Positions 1 to 16,951 of a DNA stretch of 64,000 bases are shown piece after piece. The stretch's first letter is position 1. Each line of letters starts with the position of its first letter. Both the position numbers and the translations under genes were made by a program. Source of the DNA: Macrostomum lignano (Eukaryota); the NCBI GenBank assembly GCA_002269645.1, contig NIVC01001785.1, positions 124,001 to 188,000 of the forward strand, in the 5' to 3' direction. The notes under the pieces are model-generated. The model searched no databases and was not told the DNA's origin. It saw only the letters and a list, made by a program, of their open reading frames with translations.

Positions 1-44
1 AGCCACTGATCAAGAATCCGTAAAGGGTAGCGGTGGCCTGCTGA

Positions 45-670
45 AGACCCTAAGGAGAAACAACGGCCCTCCGAAGGACCCTAGGGGGTAGCAGTGGCCC
101 TCCGAAGGACCTTAGGGAGAAGCAACGGCCCCTCCGAAGGACCTTAGGGAGAAGCAACGGCCCCTCCGAAGGACCTTAGGGAGAAGCAACGGCCCCTCCG
201 AAGGACCCTAGGGAGAAGCAACGGCCCCTCCGAAGGACCCTAGGGAGAAGCAACGGCCCCTCCGAAGGACCCTAAGGAGAAGCAACGGCCCCTCCGAAGG
301 ACCTTAGGGAGAAGTAACGGCCCCTCCGAAGGACCCTAGGGAGAAGCAACGGCCCCTCCGAAGGACCCTAGGGAGAAGCAACGGCCCCTCCGAAGGACCC
401 TAAGGAGAAGTAACGGCCCCTCCGAAGGACCCTAGGGAGAAGCAACGGCCCCTCCGAAGGACCCTAGGGAGAAGCAACGGCCCCTCCGAAGGACCCTAGG
501 GAGAAGCAACGGCCCCTCCGAAGGACTCTAGAGGGTATTCTAGTAGCGGCCCTCCAAAGGACCCTATTAGGTAGCAGCGGCCCTCTAAAAGACCCTAAAG
601 AGAAGCAATGGCCCCTTCAAAAGACCTTATGTGGTAGCAGCGGCCCTACGAAGGACCCTATGTGGTAGCA
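45..670. repeat. 32-bp minisatellite (GRK upstream intron)
   Basis: Unit gaccctagggagaagcaacggcccctccgaag, with degenerate edges. Confidence 0.95.
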
Positions 671-770
671 AGCAGCGGCCCTTCGAAGGACCCAAGATAC
701 AGACAGCAGCCCATCAAAAGTGTTAGCAGTAGTTGCCAGCTTTCTCGCACACAGACCAGAACCAATTTGA

Positions 771-1142
<372 letters not shown>

Positions 1143-1684
1143 TAGGCGGTTGCTTATTTTGCTAACTGCAATGAGAAACAGGACACGTGTGCACTTGATT
1201 TCGTAATTATAGAAATTACACAGCTGCTGTTTAAATGCGATGTCACGTTCATTACTACTACTGTGAAACTCATTTGAGATACGGTCTGTCCGTGATGTAG
1301 CGATACAGAGGAGTTTGTATCCAGTTTTAATCCTTCCCCTATCCTATTTGAGAACGTGCCAAAAAGATTGGAGACAGCTAAAAGAAGCAGATGCTTTGAA
1401 ACTGGGAGGGGATGGGGTGAAGAGGTAACTCTGTCTCATATTGCCGATGGGATCGAATCTATCAAGTTTCTTTTGCCTAAATTGGGACTGCAAATTGCGC
1501 GTGCGCGCCTGGTGGAGACAACAACCTGGAGTCGTTGCACTGAGGCTTCCCAACTTTTTTAAAAAGAAAAAATCACTGTTTTATCTTGTAAATACGTCAA
1601 CGTTAGTTAAAGCCTTTACTCGTATCAAGGATATGCCTTTGTGATTGACTGACAGGTGTCAGATTCTGTTGTATCTACGAGTAA

Positions 1685-3093
1685 GTCTCTGCCTCCGTGT
1701 GTCACCCAGTCTCTGCCTCCGTGTGTCACCCAGTCTCTGCCTCCGTGTGTCACCCAGTCTCTGCCTCCGTGTGTCACCCAGTCTCTGCCTCCGTGTGTCA
1801 CCCAGTCTCTGCCTCCGTGTGTCACCCAATCTCTGCCTCCGTGTGTCACCCAATCTCTGCCTCTGTGTGTCACCCAATCTCTGCCTCCGTGTGTCACCCA
1901 GTCTCTGCCTCCGTGTGTCACCCAATCTCTGCCTCCGTGTGTCACCCAGTCTCTGCCTCCATGTGTCACACAGTCTCTGCCTCCGTGTGTCACACAGTCT
2001 CTGCCTCCGTGTGTCACCCAGTCTCTGCCTCCGTGTGTCACCCAGTCTCTGCCTCTGTGTGTCACACAGTCTCTGCCTCCGTGTGTCACCCAGTCTCTGC
2101 CTCCGTGTGTCACACAGTCTCTGCCTCTGTGTCACACACTACAGTCTCTGCCTCCGTGTGTCACCCAGTCTCTGCCTCCGTGTGTCACCCAGTCTCCGCC
2201 TCCGTGTGTCACAGTCTCTGCCTTCATGTGTCACACAGTCTCTGCCTCCGTGTGTCACCCAGTCTCTGCCTCCGTGTGTCACAAAGTCTCTGCCTCTGTG
2301 TCACACACTACAGTCTCTGCCTCCGTGTGTCACAGTCTCTGCCTCCGTGTGTCACCCAGTCTCTGCCTCCGTGTGTCACCCAATCTCCGCCTCTGTGTGT
2401 CACAGTCTACCTCCGTGTGTCACACAGTCTCTGCCTCCGTGTGTCACCCAGTCTCTGCCTCCGTGTGTCACCCAATCTCCGCCTCTGTGTGTCACAGTCT
2501 ACCTCCGTGTGTCACACAGTCTCTGCCTCCGTGTGTCACCCAGTCTCTGCCTCCGTGTGTCACCCAGTCTCTGCCTCCGTGTGTCACCCAGTCTCTGCCT
2601 CCGTGTGTCACCCAGTCTCTGCCTCCGTGTGTCACCCAATCTCCGCCTCTGTGTGTCACCCAGTCTCTGCCTCCGTGTGTCACACAGTCTCTGCCTCCGT
2701 GTGTCACCCAGTCTCTGCCTCCGTGTGTCACCCAATCTCCGCCTCTGTGTGTCACAGTCTACCTCCGTGTGTCACACAGTCTCTGCCTCCGTGTGTCACA
2801 CAGTCTCTGCCTCCGTGTGTCACCCAGTCTCTGCCTCCGTGTGTCACAGTCTGCCTTCGTGTGTCATCCTGTCTCTGCCTCCGTGTGTCACCCAGTCTCT
2901 GCCTCCGTGTGTCACCCAGTCTCTGCCTCCGTGTGTCACCCAGTCTCTGCCTTCATGTGTCACACAGTCTGCTTCCGTGTGTCACACAGTCTCTGCCTCC
3001 GTATGTCACAGTCTGCCTCCGTGTGTCACACAGTCTGCCTCCGTGTGTCACACAGTCTGCCTCCGTGTGTCACAGTCTGCCTCAGTGTGTCAC
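1685..3093. repeat. 24-bp minisatellite
   Basis: Unit tctctgcctccgtgtgtcacccag. Confidence 0.97.
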
Positions 3094-5524
3094 GTGAGTC
3101 GGAGCCCTGACCGCATTGTCTGGGCGATGTGTTTCATCAGTATCGCGATAGGTATCTGCTGACTTAAGCTTGGACAGTTGGACAGTTAAGCTTCGACAGT
3201 TCAGGCCTCAGTCTTTGATCCTCCGTGTCAACCCAGTCTCTCGCTCCGTTACACCCAAAGGAGTAAGTCTAGCAGAAATATGCGATTGCAATCGAATGGC
3301 TTTGTTTAGAAATCAATAGCAGGTATCCCACCTGCTCCTTAGCAAATCCTGCATACCCGTCTTATGCTGAGCTGGGCTCCAAATGCTCTGGGTCGGTGGC
3401 ATTTATTGCTGAAAGCAATTTCTTCTTCTCCCGCCTAGTATTTATTATTTTACTTCCTATTGATTCTGTATTCTAGATCTGCTTTGCCGGTTTTTCTTTC
3501 TTCTATTTTTGTGCCACTGGACTCTTGCCCTAGTTTTTCTATATTTCATTCCCAGTTTGCCCTGCTCGGAGCCTGCAAGCGTGTCCGCTACTGCTCTTCT
3601 CTCCTCTGCTTTCGCCTGTGCTTTTGCCCCTGCTCCCTCCTTAGCGGCCATCGTCTGCTGCTGCTGCTGTCCCCGCTGCTTCGCCCACCCCCCCCCCTGT
3701 TCCCCCTATCCCTGTCCGCTTTGAGTCTACACCTTACTTTCTTCTTTCTCTAACCCTCTGATAACTTCTTCCCTTCTGTTCCCTCACCAGCAGTTTAGCC
3801 TGGGCTTTCTTTCTCTCTCTCTATAATCCGGTACTGTCCCTTCTTCGTGCTTTGATCCCTCTTGTTCATGCCTAACTGTGAGAATAGGAAGCGCAGGCCT
3901 GGAGAACTCGTTGCTAGCCAGAATATACAGTGCATACCTTATTCAGGACTTCAACTTGTCCGGTTCAAATGCACGACTGACCTTTTTTGACACCACCCTG
4001 TTTTCTGGTCGGTCTCTGCTTCTGTGTAATTTATTCCAAGTGCAGTCACATTAATTTGGGGCTAAATTGGAATCTCGGCTTGGCTCTGCTCGTGCAATTA
4101 ACGCCCTTGAAGGCCAACCCCCAAGGCACAGTGAAGTGTACATGCCTAACGATAAATAAAGTTAGGGGCCGCTGTACACTCCTGTGTGAGTGTGTGCCTG
4201 TGCGTATGACTGCGTACGTATCCGCGCGCTTGTGTGAAATTTAGGCCCAAGTTAAAGTGACTGCACTTGAAATCGAGCCTGGGCCGCTGGCACATCAGAG
4301 CGCCGCTCTAGATCACTGGGCTACGGTCTGAAGCTGCACCATAGACAATACTCTTTGTGGCAGAATAAGAGAGGAATGGAGGCTCAAATTCTCACTAGAA
4401 ACGATATGGACTTTCATTTCTTATGAAAGGGGAAGTTCTTAACGTACAAAAATCGCTTTTTATCTGTTATATATATAAAGACTATCATCTTTTTGCGCCA
4501 GCGGCTTTTTGTCCAGGAATAAATCATCTTCAGTGCAGCTCCGGACCGCGCCCAAAAAAAAGACTGCTCCGATTAGAAGATAGAGGCTCAGTGTGCTCAA
4601 AATAGTCTCCAAAAGAGGGGGGTGTTGTTTCTTTATCTTCAACCCTTTTTTTAAAAAGAGAAAGAAAGATCCCCGATGGCAACCGCGACATGCGGGGCGA
4701 GAATCAATTTCGCAGGGTGTGGCAGCGAACCTGGCACTGCTTTGAAGCCTTGCCATCCAGCCTCTTCCGTCTGTTTAGTTCCTGTGTGTTTTTCTCAAGT
4801 CTCCCAGGCCCAACCCACAGCGTCTGCTATGCTCTAGGTTAGAGCCTGATGAAGCCTTTTGATATAGGACTCGTACAGAGCCTCCACTACACTTTCAGTA
4901 TTTCGGTTGATCTAGGACTCCGTGTAGGTCTCTCTCTTCCTTCTTCTTCTTTTTCTCCACTCTTGCTGCTTTTCGCCGCTTCTTTCGCCCACCCCCCCCC
5001 ACTTGCCCCAGGGGGATGAACTGGGATTTGAAGCAGGCTCGAATTCCTACTGATAACTGCAGCGCTTCAGAGCTATCTGCCGCTTTGCTTATCGCTTAGT
5101 CCTATAGAAATCCGATCTGCCGTTTCTGATCCGGCTGTGTTAACAGGGCTAGCTCTAGCTCTCTGGGCTTAGCTCTTCCTCTGACATGTACTCTGGTCTG
5201 AGACATTTTTATGTGTGTATTTTATTGCTTTTATTGTTGAATTTATTGTAGTTTCTCTTTCAAAGAAAGCAAGGTTATTATTATTATTGAAGAATTGAGT
5301 TGTTAGCAATTGCGGTGCCTAAATTTAATTGGCACATCATTACAATCGCTATCGTTTAAGAATGAAACTATTGTATTGGGGGTCACTGTGCGTACTCATA
5401 AATTTCAGCAATTTCCGGGATTCGTATTTTTAAACTAAAATACAAAAAATCTATACAAATAAACCTGAAAATATTTATAAATTGTATAGTAGGATTACTG
5501 TTTGCAATTTTAATAGTAAAGAGA

Positions 5525-7864
<2,340 letters not shown>

Positions 7865-7934
7865 TAGTGCAGTCTAATGGCTTATTTGTTTGGGTCTGTG
7901 GCTAAGGCTAGAGCCGATGCTATTAAGTATGTCC

Positions 7935-8376
7935 ATTGATTGTCTATGGCCAAGGTTACGTCGTAGAGCCAGTCCAAGGGTTGTCTATGGCTAAGTTTAG
8001 AGCCAATCCAAGTGTTGTCTATGGCCAAGGCTAGAGCCAGTCCAAGGGTTGTCTATGGCCAAGGTTAGAGCCAATCCAAGGGATGTCTATGGCTAAGGCT
8101 AGAGCCAATCCAAGGGTTGTCTATGGCCAAGGCTAGAGCCAATCCAAGGGTTGTCTATGGCCAAGGCTAGAGCCAATCCAAGGGTTGTCTATGGCCAAGG
8201 TTAGAGCCAATCCAAGGGATGTCTATGGCCAAGGCTAGAGCCAATTCAAGGGTTGTCTATGGCCAAGGCTAGAGCCAATCCAAGGGTTGTCTATGGCCAA
8301 GGCTAGAGCCAATCCAAGGGTTGTCTATGGCCAAGGTTAGAGCCAATCCAAGGGATGTCTATGGCCAAGGCTAGAG
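7935..8376. repeat. 34-bp minisatellite
   Basis: Unit ccaagggttgtctatggccaaggctagagccaat. Confidence 0.95.
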
Positions 8377-9765
8377 CTTGTGCTAATGCTATAAGTTTAA
8401 ATTAACACTAAAATAATAGCTTTTACTTTAAGTAATATATGTAATAAAAATTTGCACTTTAACATAAATATAGAAGCAGCTTAATGCTTGCTATATCGAC
8501 GGACATTATCGTGTAAATTCTAAACGGAAAATTTGATTGATTAAAAAATTCCGAACTGAACTGTTTCATTTGAGTGTATTATGGATTAACGAGCTACTCT
8601 GAAAATCATATTTTGATGGATGAATTGATTATCTAGAAGATTTGCCTGCCGGACTGTCCGTCTGATAGATTTGATTTATAGCTCCTAGCTATTATCACTC
8701 CAGGGCATTCGGTAGATTCGATATTAAAACACGCATCTACCGCTAAGTGCCGGATCGTTGATTTAAATTTCATTTTAATGTGTGTTTTTTTTAATATAGT
8801 ATTAATATCATTTTAGCATTTTAGCATCTGTCCTGGGGCCCTTGTGTGTTCCTTAGTTTTCACTATATCAGGTCTAGGATTTTTAGAATAGTATTTTAGT
8901 ATATGGAGATTTATTAGACCATATCCTCCCCCTAAAAGGGCATTGTGTACTAGTAATTACCTGCCATTGAGTTTGATAGACGCGCTTTTAAAACTGACTA
9001 ATAGTCTTTCGGCCATAGACATCCACAGAATAGTATGTAATTCTATCTATCATTGTCTGTTTTTTATTGGAGTGCAACATCTCGGAGGCTCCTCTCCTCT
9101 GTGTAATAAAACGCATATATAGTCTTCTACTATCGAATATAGTAAAGTCTCGAAGTCCCGAATAACGACAGCATCGCGTGAGCGCAAAGTGTGCGTGCCC
9201 GCTATCATGTCCGGGATAACTAGATTTATCTGGGAACTGAGACCAATTAGTGGGCTTAGCTATAGGCGGGGGGACTGGGCTACGATCGAGGAGATATAAG
9301 CCAACGGCTTTGCTTGAACTTGAGTTGGGAAGAATGCTTGAGAGTTGGGCGGAGAGAGCGGCAGAGTTCCGCTCTCACTCTCCCTCTCTTCCTCATTCTC
9401 TGTGTCCCCGAATCTCCTCTCTCGATCGCACTTATCTTACTGGGTTGAGTTTATTCTATTTTGAACTTTGCTTCCGCCTTTTTCAATCTTTTTTCTCTAT
9501 CTATATATATTTCTATATCTACCTCTTCTCATACTGTTTTCCTGTGTCTTAAGGTCCGGAGTTCGTTAGCTAGCTTTGGCTGTTTGATTTAGCGGCACTG
9601 TCATTTGTATAATGGGATTTGTGCATTTTTTGAGTAGAAAAATGGGATCTTTGTTCATTTCGTGTGTTTGTTCTCAGGTTCTATCCTTGTGGCCTTTCCT
9701 AGCCACCCTAGTACCGTCTGTTTTGCCCCGGTGTGTCCTGGTGTCATAAATATGTCCCCCTGTCT

Positions 9766-10810
9766 ACCCCTGTACATTGTGTCTACCCCTGTCCCTTGTG
9801 TCTACCCCTGTCCCTTGTGTCTACCCCCTGTCCCCGTGTCTACCCCCTGTCCCCCGTGTCTACTCCTGTACATTTTGTCTACCCCCTTGTGTCTACCTGC
9901 TGTCCCTTGTGTCTACCCCTGTCCCTTGTGTCTACCCCTGTTCCTTGTGTCTACCCCTGTACCTTGTGTCTACCCCTGTACCTTGTGTCTACCCCTGTAC
10001 CTTGTGTCTACCCCTGTACATTGTGTCTACCCCTGTACATTGTGTCTACCCCCTGTCCCCCGTGTCTACCCCTGTACATTGTGTCTACCCCCTTGTGTCT
10101 ACCTGCTGTTCCTTTGTGTCTACCCCTGTCCCTTGTGTCTACCCCTGTGTGTCTACCCACTGTTCCTTGTGTCTACCCCTGTACCTTGTGTCTACCCCTG
10201 TACCTTGTGTCTACCCCTGTACCTTGTGTCTACCCCTGTACATTGTGTCTACCCCCTTGTGTCTACCTGCTGTCCCTTGTGTCTACCCCTGTCCCTTGTG
10301 TCTACCCCTGTGTGTCTACCCACTGTTCCTTGTGTCTACCCCTGTACCTTGTGTCTACCCCTCTACCTTGTGTCTACCCCCTTGTGTCTACCTCTCTACC
10401 TTGTGTCTACCCCCTTGTGTCTACCCCTTGTGTCTACCCCTGTCCCTTGTGTCTACCCCCTTGTGTCTACCCCTGTCCCTTGTGTCTACCCCTGTCCCTT
10501 GTGTCTACCCCTGTCCCCCGTGTCTACCCCCTTGTGTCTACCCCCGTCCCTTGTGTCTACCCCCTTGTGTCTACCCCTGTCCCTTGTGTCTACCCCTGTC
10601 CCCCGTGTCTACCCCTTGTGTCTACCTGCTGTCCCTTGAGTCTACCCCTGTCCCTTGAGTCTACCCCTGTCCCTTGTGTCTACCCCTGTCCCTTGTGTCT
10701 ACCCCCTTGTGTTTACCTGATGTCCCTTGTGTCTACCACTGTCTCTCGTGTGTCTACCCCCTGTCCTTTGTGTCTACCCCTGTCCTTTGTGTCTACCCCT
10801 GTCCCCGTGT
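9766..10810. repeat. ~18-bp minisatellite
   Basis: Unit cttgtgtctacccctgtc, with variants. Confidence 0.95.
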
Positions 10811-11278
10811 ATCAACAAACGCATCAGCAGTTAACATCCTAGTTTTAGCGCATTCTTATCGATTTATAATCCTACCTGTGGTTAATAAAAAAAATAGCGA
10901 GCTGAGGGTAGTTGATAGACTTGATAATTCTCGATATTGTATTTAAACTCGTCCTGGCCAGACTCAACCATCAACCAATTAGAATATTGCACATTAAACT
11001 GAATGCATTAAAGGTTAAAAAACACGTTTTTCCTGTGAGGTACTGCTGCTTTTATTTGCGGTAGATAGAAAAAATTTCCCAATGCAAATAGAGGGATATA
11101 GTTACTTCGCTACCGTACTTTTATACCCAGTGCCGAAGGCAAATATGAGGTAGGAAATTCGCTAAAAATGACAGACATTGTTTGAGCATTTCGACCTTTA
11201 AAAGACTGAGAGTTCCTCACACTTCCTACTCAATTTTTCAATGGATACAGCATTGGTTTCTCTTCAATCCCCATTGAG

Positions 11279-11652
11279 CCAATTGGCATCTCAGCAACTC
11301 CCCATTGGCATCTCAGCAACTCCCCATTGGTATCTCAGCAACTCCCCATTGGCATCTCAGCAACTCCCCATTGGCATCTCAGCAACTCCCCATTGGCATC
11401 TCAGCAACTCCCCATTGGCATCTCAGCAACTCCCCATTGGCATCTCAGCAACTCCCCATTGGCATCTCAGCAACTCCCCATTGGCATCTCAGCAACTCCC
11501 CATTGGCATCTCAGCAACTCCCCATTGGCATCTCAGCAACTCCCCATTGGCATCTCAGCAACTCCCCATTGGCATCTCAGCAACTCCCCATTGGTATCTC
11601 AGCAACTCCCCATTGGCATCTCAGCAACTCCCCATTGGCATCTCAGCAACTC
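11279..11652. repeat. 22-bp minisatellite
   Basis: Unit ggcatctcagcaactccccatt, nearly homogeneous. Confidence 0.97.
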
Positions 11653-11713
11653 CTCTTGAGCCGTAATGTATTTAATAAATGCCCTAATAAGTAAGCCTCA
11701 TAGCCAACGGTAG

Positions 11714-12292
<579 letters not shown>

Positions 12293-12374
12293 TGAGGCCT
12301 AATCTTTGCGATCCCCTATCTCATCTTTAAATCCTGTATCTAATTCTAAAAATTCCATTTATTCCTTGAAAATC

Positions 12375-13995
12375 GCCTATCTAATCCTACAGAAATCACC
12401 CATCTAATCCTAAAGAAATCGCACATCTAATCCTAAAGAAATCGCACATCTAATCCTAAAGAAATCGCCATCTAATCTTAAAGAAATGGCCCATCTAATC
12501 CTAAAGAAATGGCCCATCTAATTCTAAAGAAATCGCCCATCTAATCCTAAAGAAATCGCCCATCTAATCCTAAAGAAATCGCCCATCTAATCCTACAGAA
12601 ATCGCCCAATCTAATCCTAAAGAAATCGCACATCTAATCCTAAAGAAATCGCACATCTAATCCTAAAGAAATCGCACATCTAATCCTAAAGAAATCACAC
12701 ATCTAATCCTAAAGAAATGGCCCATCTAATCCTAAAGAAATCGCCATCTAATCTTAAAGAAATGGCCCATCTAATCCTAAAGAAATCGCACATCTAATCC
12801 TAAAGAAATCGCCCATCTAATCCTAAAGAAATCGCCCATCTAATCCTACAGAAATCGCCCAATCTAATCCTAAAGAAATCGCACATCTAATCCTAAAGAA
12901 ATCGCACATCTAATCCTAAAGAAATCGCACATCTAATCCTAAAGAAATCACACATCTAATCCTAAAGAAATGGCCCATCTAATCCTAAAAAAATCGCCAA
13001 TGTAATCCTTAAGAAATCGCCCATCTAATCCTAACGAAGTTGCCAATCTAATCCTAAAGAAATGGCCCGTCTAATCCTAAGGAAATGGCCCATCTAATCC
13101 TAAAGAAATCGCCCATCGAATCCTAAAGAAATCGCACATCTAATCCTAAAGAAATCGCCATCTAATCCTAAAGAAATGGCCCATCTAATCCTAAAGAAAT
13201 GGCCCATCTAATCCTAAAGAAATCGCCCATCTAATCCTAAAGAAATCGCCATCTAATCCTAAAGAAATCGCACATCTAATCCTAAAGAAATCGCACATCT
13301 AATCCTAAAGAAATCGCCCATCGAATCCTAAAGAAATCGCACATCTAATCCTAAAGAAATCGCCCATCGAATCCTAAAGAAATCGCCCATCTAATCCTAA
13401 AGAAATCTCACATCTAATCCTAAAGAAATCGCACATCTAATCCTAAAGAAATCGCACATCTAATCCTAAAGAAATCGCACATCTAATCCTAAAGAAATCG
13501 CACATCTAATCCTAAAGAAATTGCCCATCTAATCCTAAAGAAATCGCACATCTAATCCTAAAGAAATCGCACATCTAATCCTAAAGAAATCGCACATCTA
13601 ATCCTAAAGAAATCGCACATCTAATCCTAAAGAAATTGCCCATCTAATCCTAAAGAAATCGCACATCTAATCCTAAAGAAATCGCACATCTAATCCTAAA
13701 GAAATCGCCCATCTAATCCTAAAGAAATCGCACATCTAATCCTAAAGAAATCGCACATCTAATCCTAAAGAAATCGCACATCTACTCCTAAAGAAATCGC
13801 ACATCTAATTCTAAAGAAATGGCCCATCTAATCCTAAAGAAATCGCACATCTAATCCTAAAGAAATCGCCCATCGAATCCTAAAGAAATCGCCCATCTAA
13901 TCCTAAAGAAATCTCACATCTAATCCTAAAGAAATCGCACATCTAATCCTAAAGAAATCGCACATCTAATCCTAAAGAAATCGCACATCTAATCC
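12375..13995. repeat. 23-bp minisatellite filling GRK intron 3
   Basis: Unit catctaatcctaaagaaatcgca. Confidence 0.97.
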
Positions 13996-14017
13996 AAAAA
14001 ACCCCTCAAATTCGCAG

Positions 14018-14242
14018 GTGAAAGGCGTTCAACTCGATGACAAGGACGCCGATTTTTACGGTCGCTTCAACACTGGTGCGGTCAGCATCCCGTTTCAGCA
14101 GGAGATCATCGAGACTGAGTGCTTCGACGACCTTGACGTGTACTATAATGCCGAGGGCGGCCTGGTTGACTCGCTGAATCCCAGCCAGCCGCCTCCTTCG
14201 CCTAAGCGCGGCCTTCTTAGCAGCCTGTTCGGCAAGAAGAAG
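14018..14242 (+). CDS. GRK5/6: GRK exon (AGC C-tail and amphipathic membrane helix)
   Basis: VKGVQLDDKDADFYGRFNTGAVSIPFQQEIIETECFDDL...PKRGLLSSLFGKKK. Boundaries ttcgcag| and |gtgagt. Confidence 0.93.
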
Positions 14243-14388
14243 GTGAGTTTAATGAGTCGCTTTTGTTTCATTTTTTGTAATTTTTCATTTAGTGTGCTGA
14301 GATTCTTTCGCGATTGTAGCCAGAAATGTCACAATGTCACTCATGCTTTTTGTCATGCTTTTCTGTTTTCGCCGAAATAATGGCGCCT

Positions 14389-15290
14389 GTGTAGATAATG
14401 TCAATAGTGTAGATAATGGCGCTAGTGTAGATAATGGCAATAGTGTAGATAATGGCGCTAGTGTAGATAATGTCAATAGTGTAGATAATGGCGCTAGTGT
14501 AGATAATGTCAATAGTGTAGATAATGGCGCTAGTGTAGATAATGGCAATAGTGTAGATAATGGCGCTAGTGTAGATAATGGCAATAGTGTAGATAATGGC
14601 GCTAGTGTAGATAATGTCAATAGTGTAGATAATGGCGCTAGTGTAGATAATGTCAATAGTGTAGATAATGGCGCTAGTGTAGATAATGGCGCTAGTGTAG
14701 ATAATGGCAATAGTGTAGATAATGGCGCTAGTGTAGATAATGGCAATAGTGTAGATAATGGCGCTAGTGTAGATAATGGCAATATTGTAGATAATGGCAA
14801 TAGTGTAGATAATGGCGCTAGTGTAGATAATGGCAATAGTATAGATAATGGCGCTAGTGTAGATAATGGCAATAGTGTAGATAATGTCAATATTGTAGAT
14901 AATGGCAATAGTGTAGATAATGGCGCTAGTGTAGATAATGGCAATAGTGTAGATAATGGCGCTAGTGTAGATAATGTCAATATTGTAGATAATGGCAATA
15001 GTGTAGATAATGGCGCTAGTGTAGATAATGGCAATAGTGTAGATAATAGCGCTAGTGTAGATAATGGCAATAGTGTAGATAATGGCGCTAGTGTAGATAA
15101 TGGCAATAGTGTAGATAATAGCGCTAGTGTACTCGTAGATGATGGCTCTGGTGTAAACTAATGGCGCTAGTATAGATACTCGTAATGGCGCTAGTGTAAA
15201 TAATGGCGCTAGTGTTAAGATAATGGCGCTAGTGTTAATATAATGGTGCTAGTGTAGATAATGGCGCTGGTGTTTAGATAATGGCGCTAT
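14389..15290. repeat. 18-bp minisatellite
   Basis: Units gtagataatggcgctagt and gtagataatggcaatagt. Confidence 0.96.
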
Positions 15291-15422
15291 AAAAAAGTTG
15301 TTGGTGCAAGCTGCTACTTGCAGTAGCTGACAGTAAAATGAATTTGAAGCCTATTAACATTACCATGCGAATGAATTTGCATTGCCGTCTCTCTCTCCCC
15401 TCCCATTGCCATCAAACCACAG

Positions 15423-15455
15423 ACCTCGTGCTGTCCCAGCTCGTCTGAGGAATAA
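15423..15455 (+). CDS. GRK5/6: GRK candidate last exon A (TSCCPSSSEE*)
   Basis: A long pyrimidine tract precedes ...aaaccacag|. The exon is phase 0, has a CC motif resembling the GRK6A/GRK4 tail, and AATAAA overlaps the stop codon. Confidence 0.6.
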   Translation, partial: TSCCPSSSEE

Positions 15456-15864
15456 AATAAAAATCGGAAATCCTACTACTTGAGTCCGACAACTCTCTCT
15501 CTTTCTCTCTCTCTCCGTCTTCAATGAGTAATCTGTCTGTCTGTCTTATAATCCAGTAGTTTATTGAAATCTTTATTATGACTGCGACTGCATACAACAG
15601 CAAGACAAGTGCAAGCGTAAGTGTCTGCAATGGCAGGCCAATTCAAATTTATTAACCTGTATATCTGTGTTAGGGCCCGTGTCTCTTGATTTTCCACCTT
15701 GTATATGCGGTATTATTAGCATTAATCGGGAGCTTATCTGTTGTGTGCACTTTATCCGAGATAATAATCCAATTTTGTTTATGCTTTGGCATATCTGCTC
15801 TGGAAATTGCTTTTGTTCTGGCTAGTTTGTTGTAACTATGGCAACCCTGTGTTATTCACTCCAA

Positions 15865-16951
15865 TGATTATCGAATCCCGAATTCTCCCAGTTCCCTGAT
15901 TATCGAATCCCGAATTCTCCCAGTTCCCTGATTATCGAATCCCAAATTCTCCCAGTTCCCTGATTATCGAATCCCGAATTCTCCCAGTTCCCTGATTATC
16001 GAATCCCGAATTCTCCCAGTTCCCTGATTTATCGAATCCCGAATTCTCCCATTTCCCTGATTATCGAATCCCGAATTCTTCAGTTCCCTGATTATCGAAT
16101 CCCGAATTCTCCCAGTTCCCTGATTATCGAATCCCGAAGTCTCCCAGTTCCCTGATTATCGAATCCCGAATTCTCCCAGTTCCCTGATTATCGAATACCA
16201 AATTTTCGCAGATCCCTGATTATCGAATCCTGAATTCTCCCAGTTCCCTGATTTATCAAATCCCGAATTTTCCCAGTTCCCTGAATCTCGAATCCCGAAT
16301 TCTCCCAGTTCCCTGATTATCGAATCCCGAATTCTCCCAGTTCCCTGATTTATCGAATCCCGAATTCTCCCATTTCCCTGATTATCGAATCCCGAATTCT
16401 TCAGTTCCCTGATTATCGAATCCCGAATTCTCCCAGTTCCCTGATTATCGAATCCCGAATTCTCCCAGTTCCCTGATTATCGAATCCCGAATTCTCCCAG
16501 ATCCCTGATTTATCGAATCCCGAATTCTTCAGTTCCCTGATTATCGAATCCCGAATTCTCCCAGTTCCCTGATTATCGAATCCTGAATTCTCCCAGTTCC
16601 CTGATTATCGAATCCCGAATTCTCCCAGATCCCTGATTTATCGAATCCCGAATTCTCCCAGTTCCCTGATTATCGAATCCCAAATTCTCCCAGTTCCCTG
16701 ATTATCGAATCCCGAATTCTCCCAGATCCCTGATTATCGAATCCCGAAGTCTCCCAGTTCCCTGATTATCGAATTCCGAATTCTCCCAGTTCCCTGATTA
16801 TCGAATCCCGAATTCTCCCAGTTCCCTGATTTATCGAATCCCGAATTCTTCCAGATCCCTGATTTATCGAATCCCGAATTCTCCCAGTTCCCTGATTATC
16901 GAATCCCGAATTCTCCCAGTTCCCTGATTATCGAATCCCGAATTCCCCCAG
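15865..16951. repeat. 32-bp minisatellite
   Basis: Unit ccctgattatcgaatcccgaattctcccagtt. Confidence 0.97.

Noticed and set aside
1625-3162. Long ORFs of 460-505 aa (SLPPCVTQ repeats)
   Set aside because: They are translations of a 24-bp minisatellite inside a GRK intron and are open in several frames on both strands.
14334-15161. VDNGAS/VDNGNS repeat ORF resembling an ice-binding or adhesin repeat
   Set aside because: It is an 18-bp array in the intron after the GRK exon at 14018-14242, with no splice-compatible connection seen.
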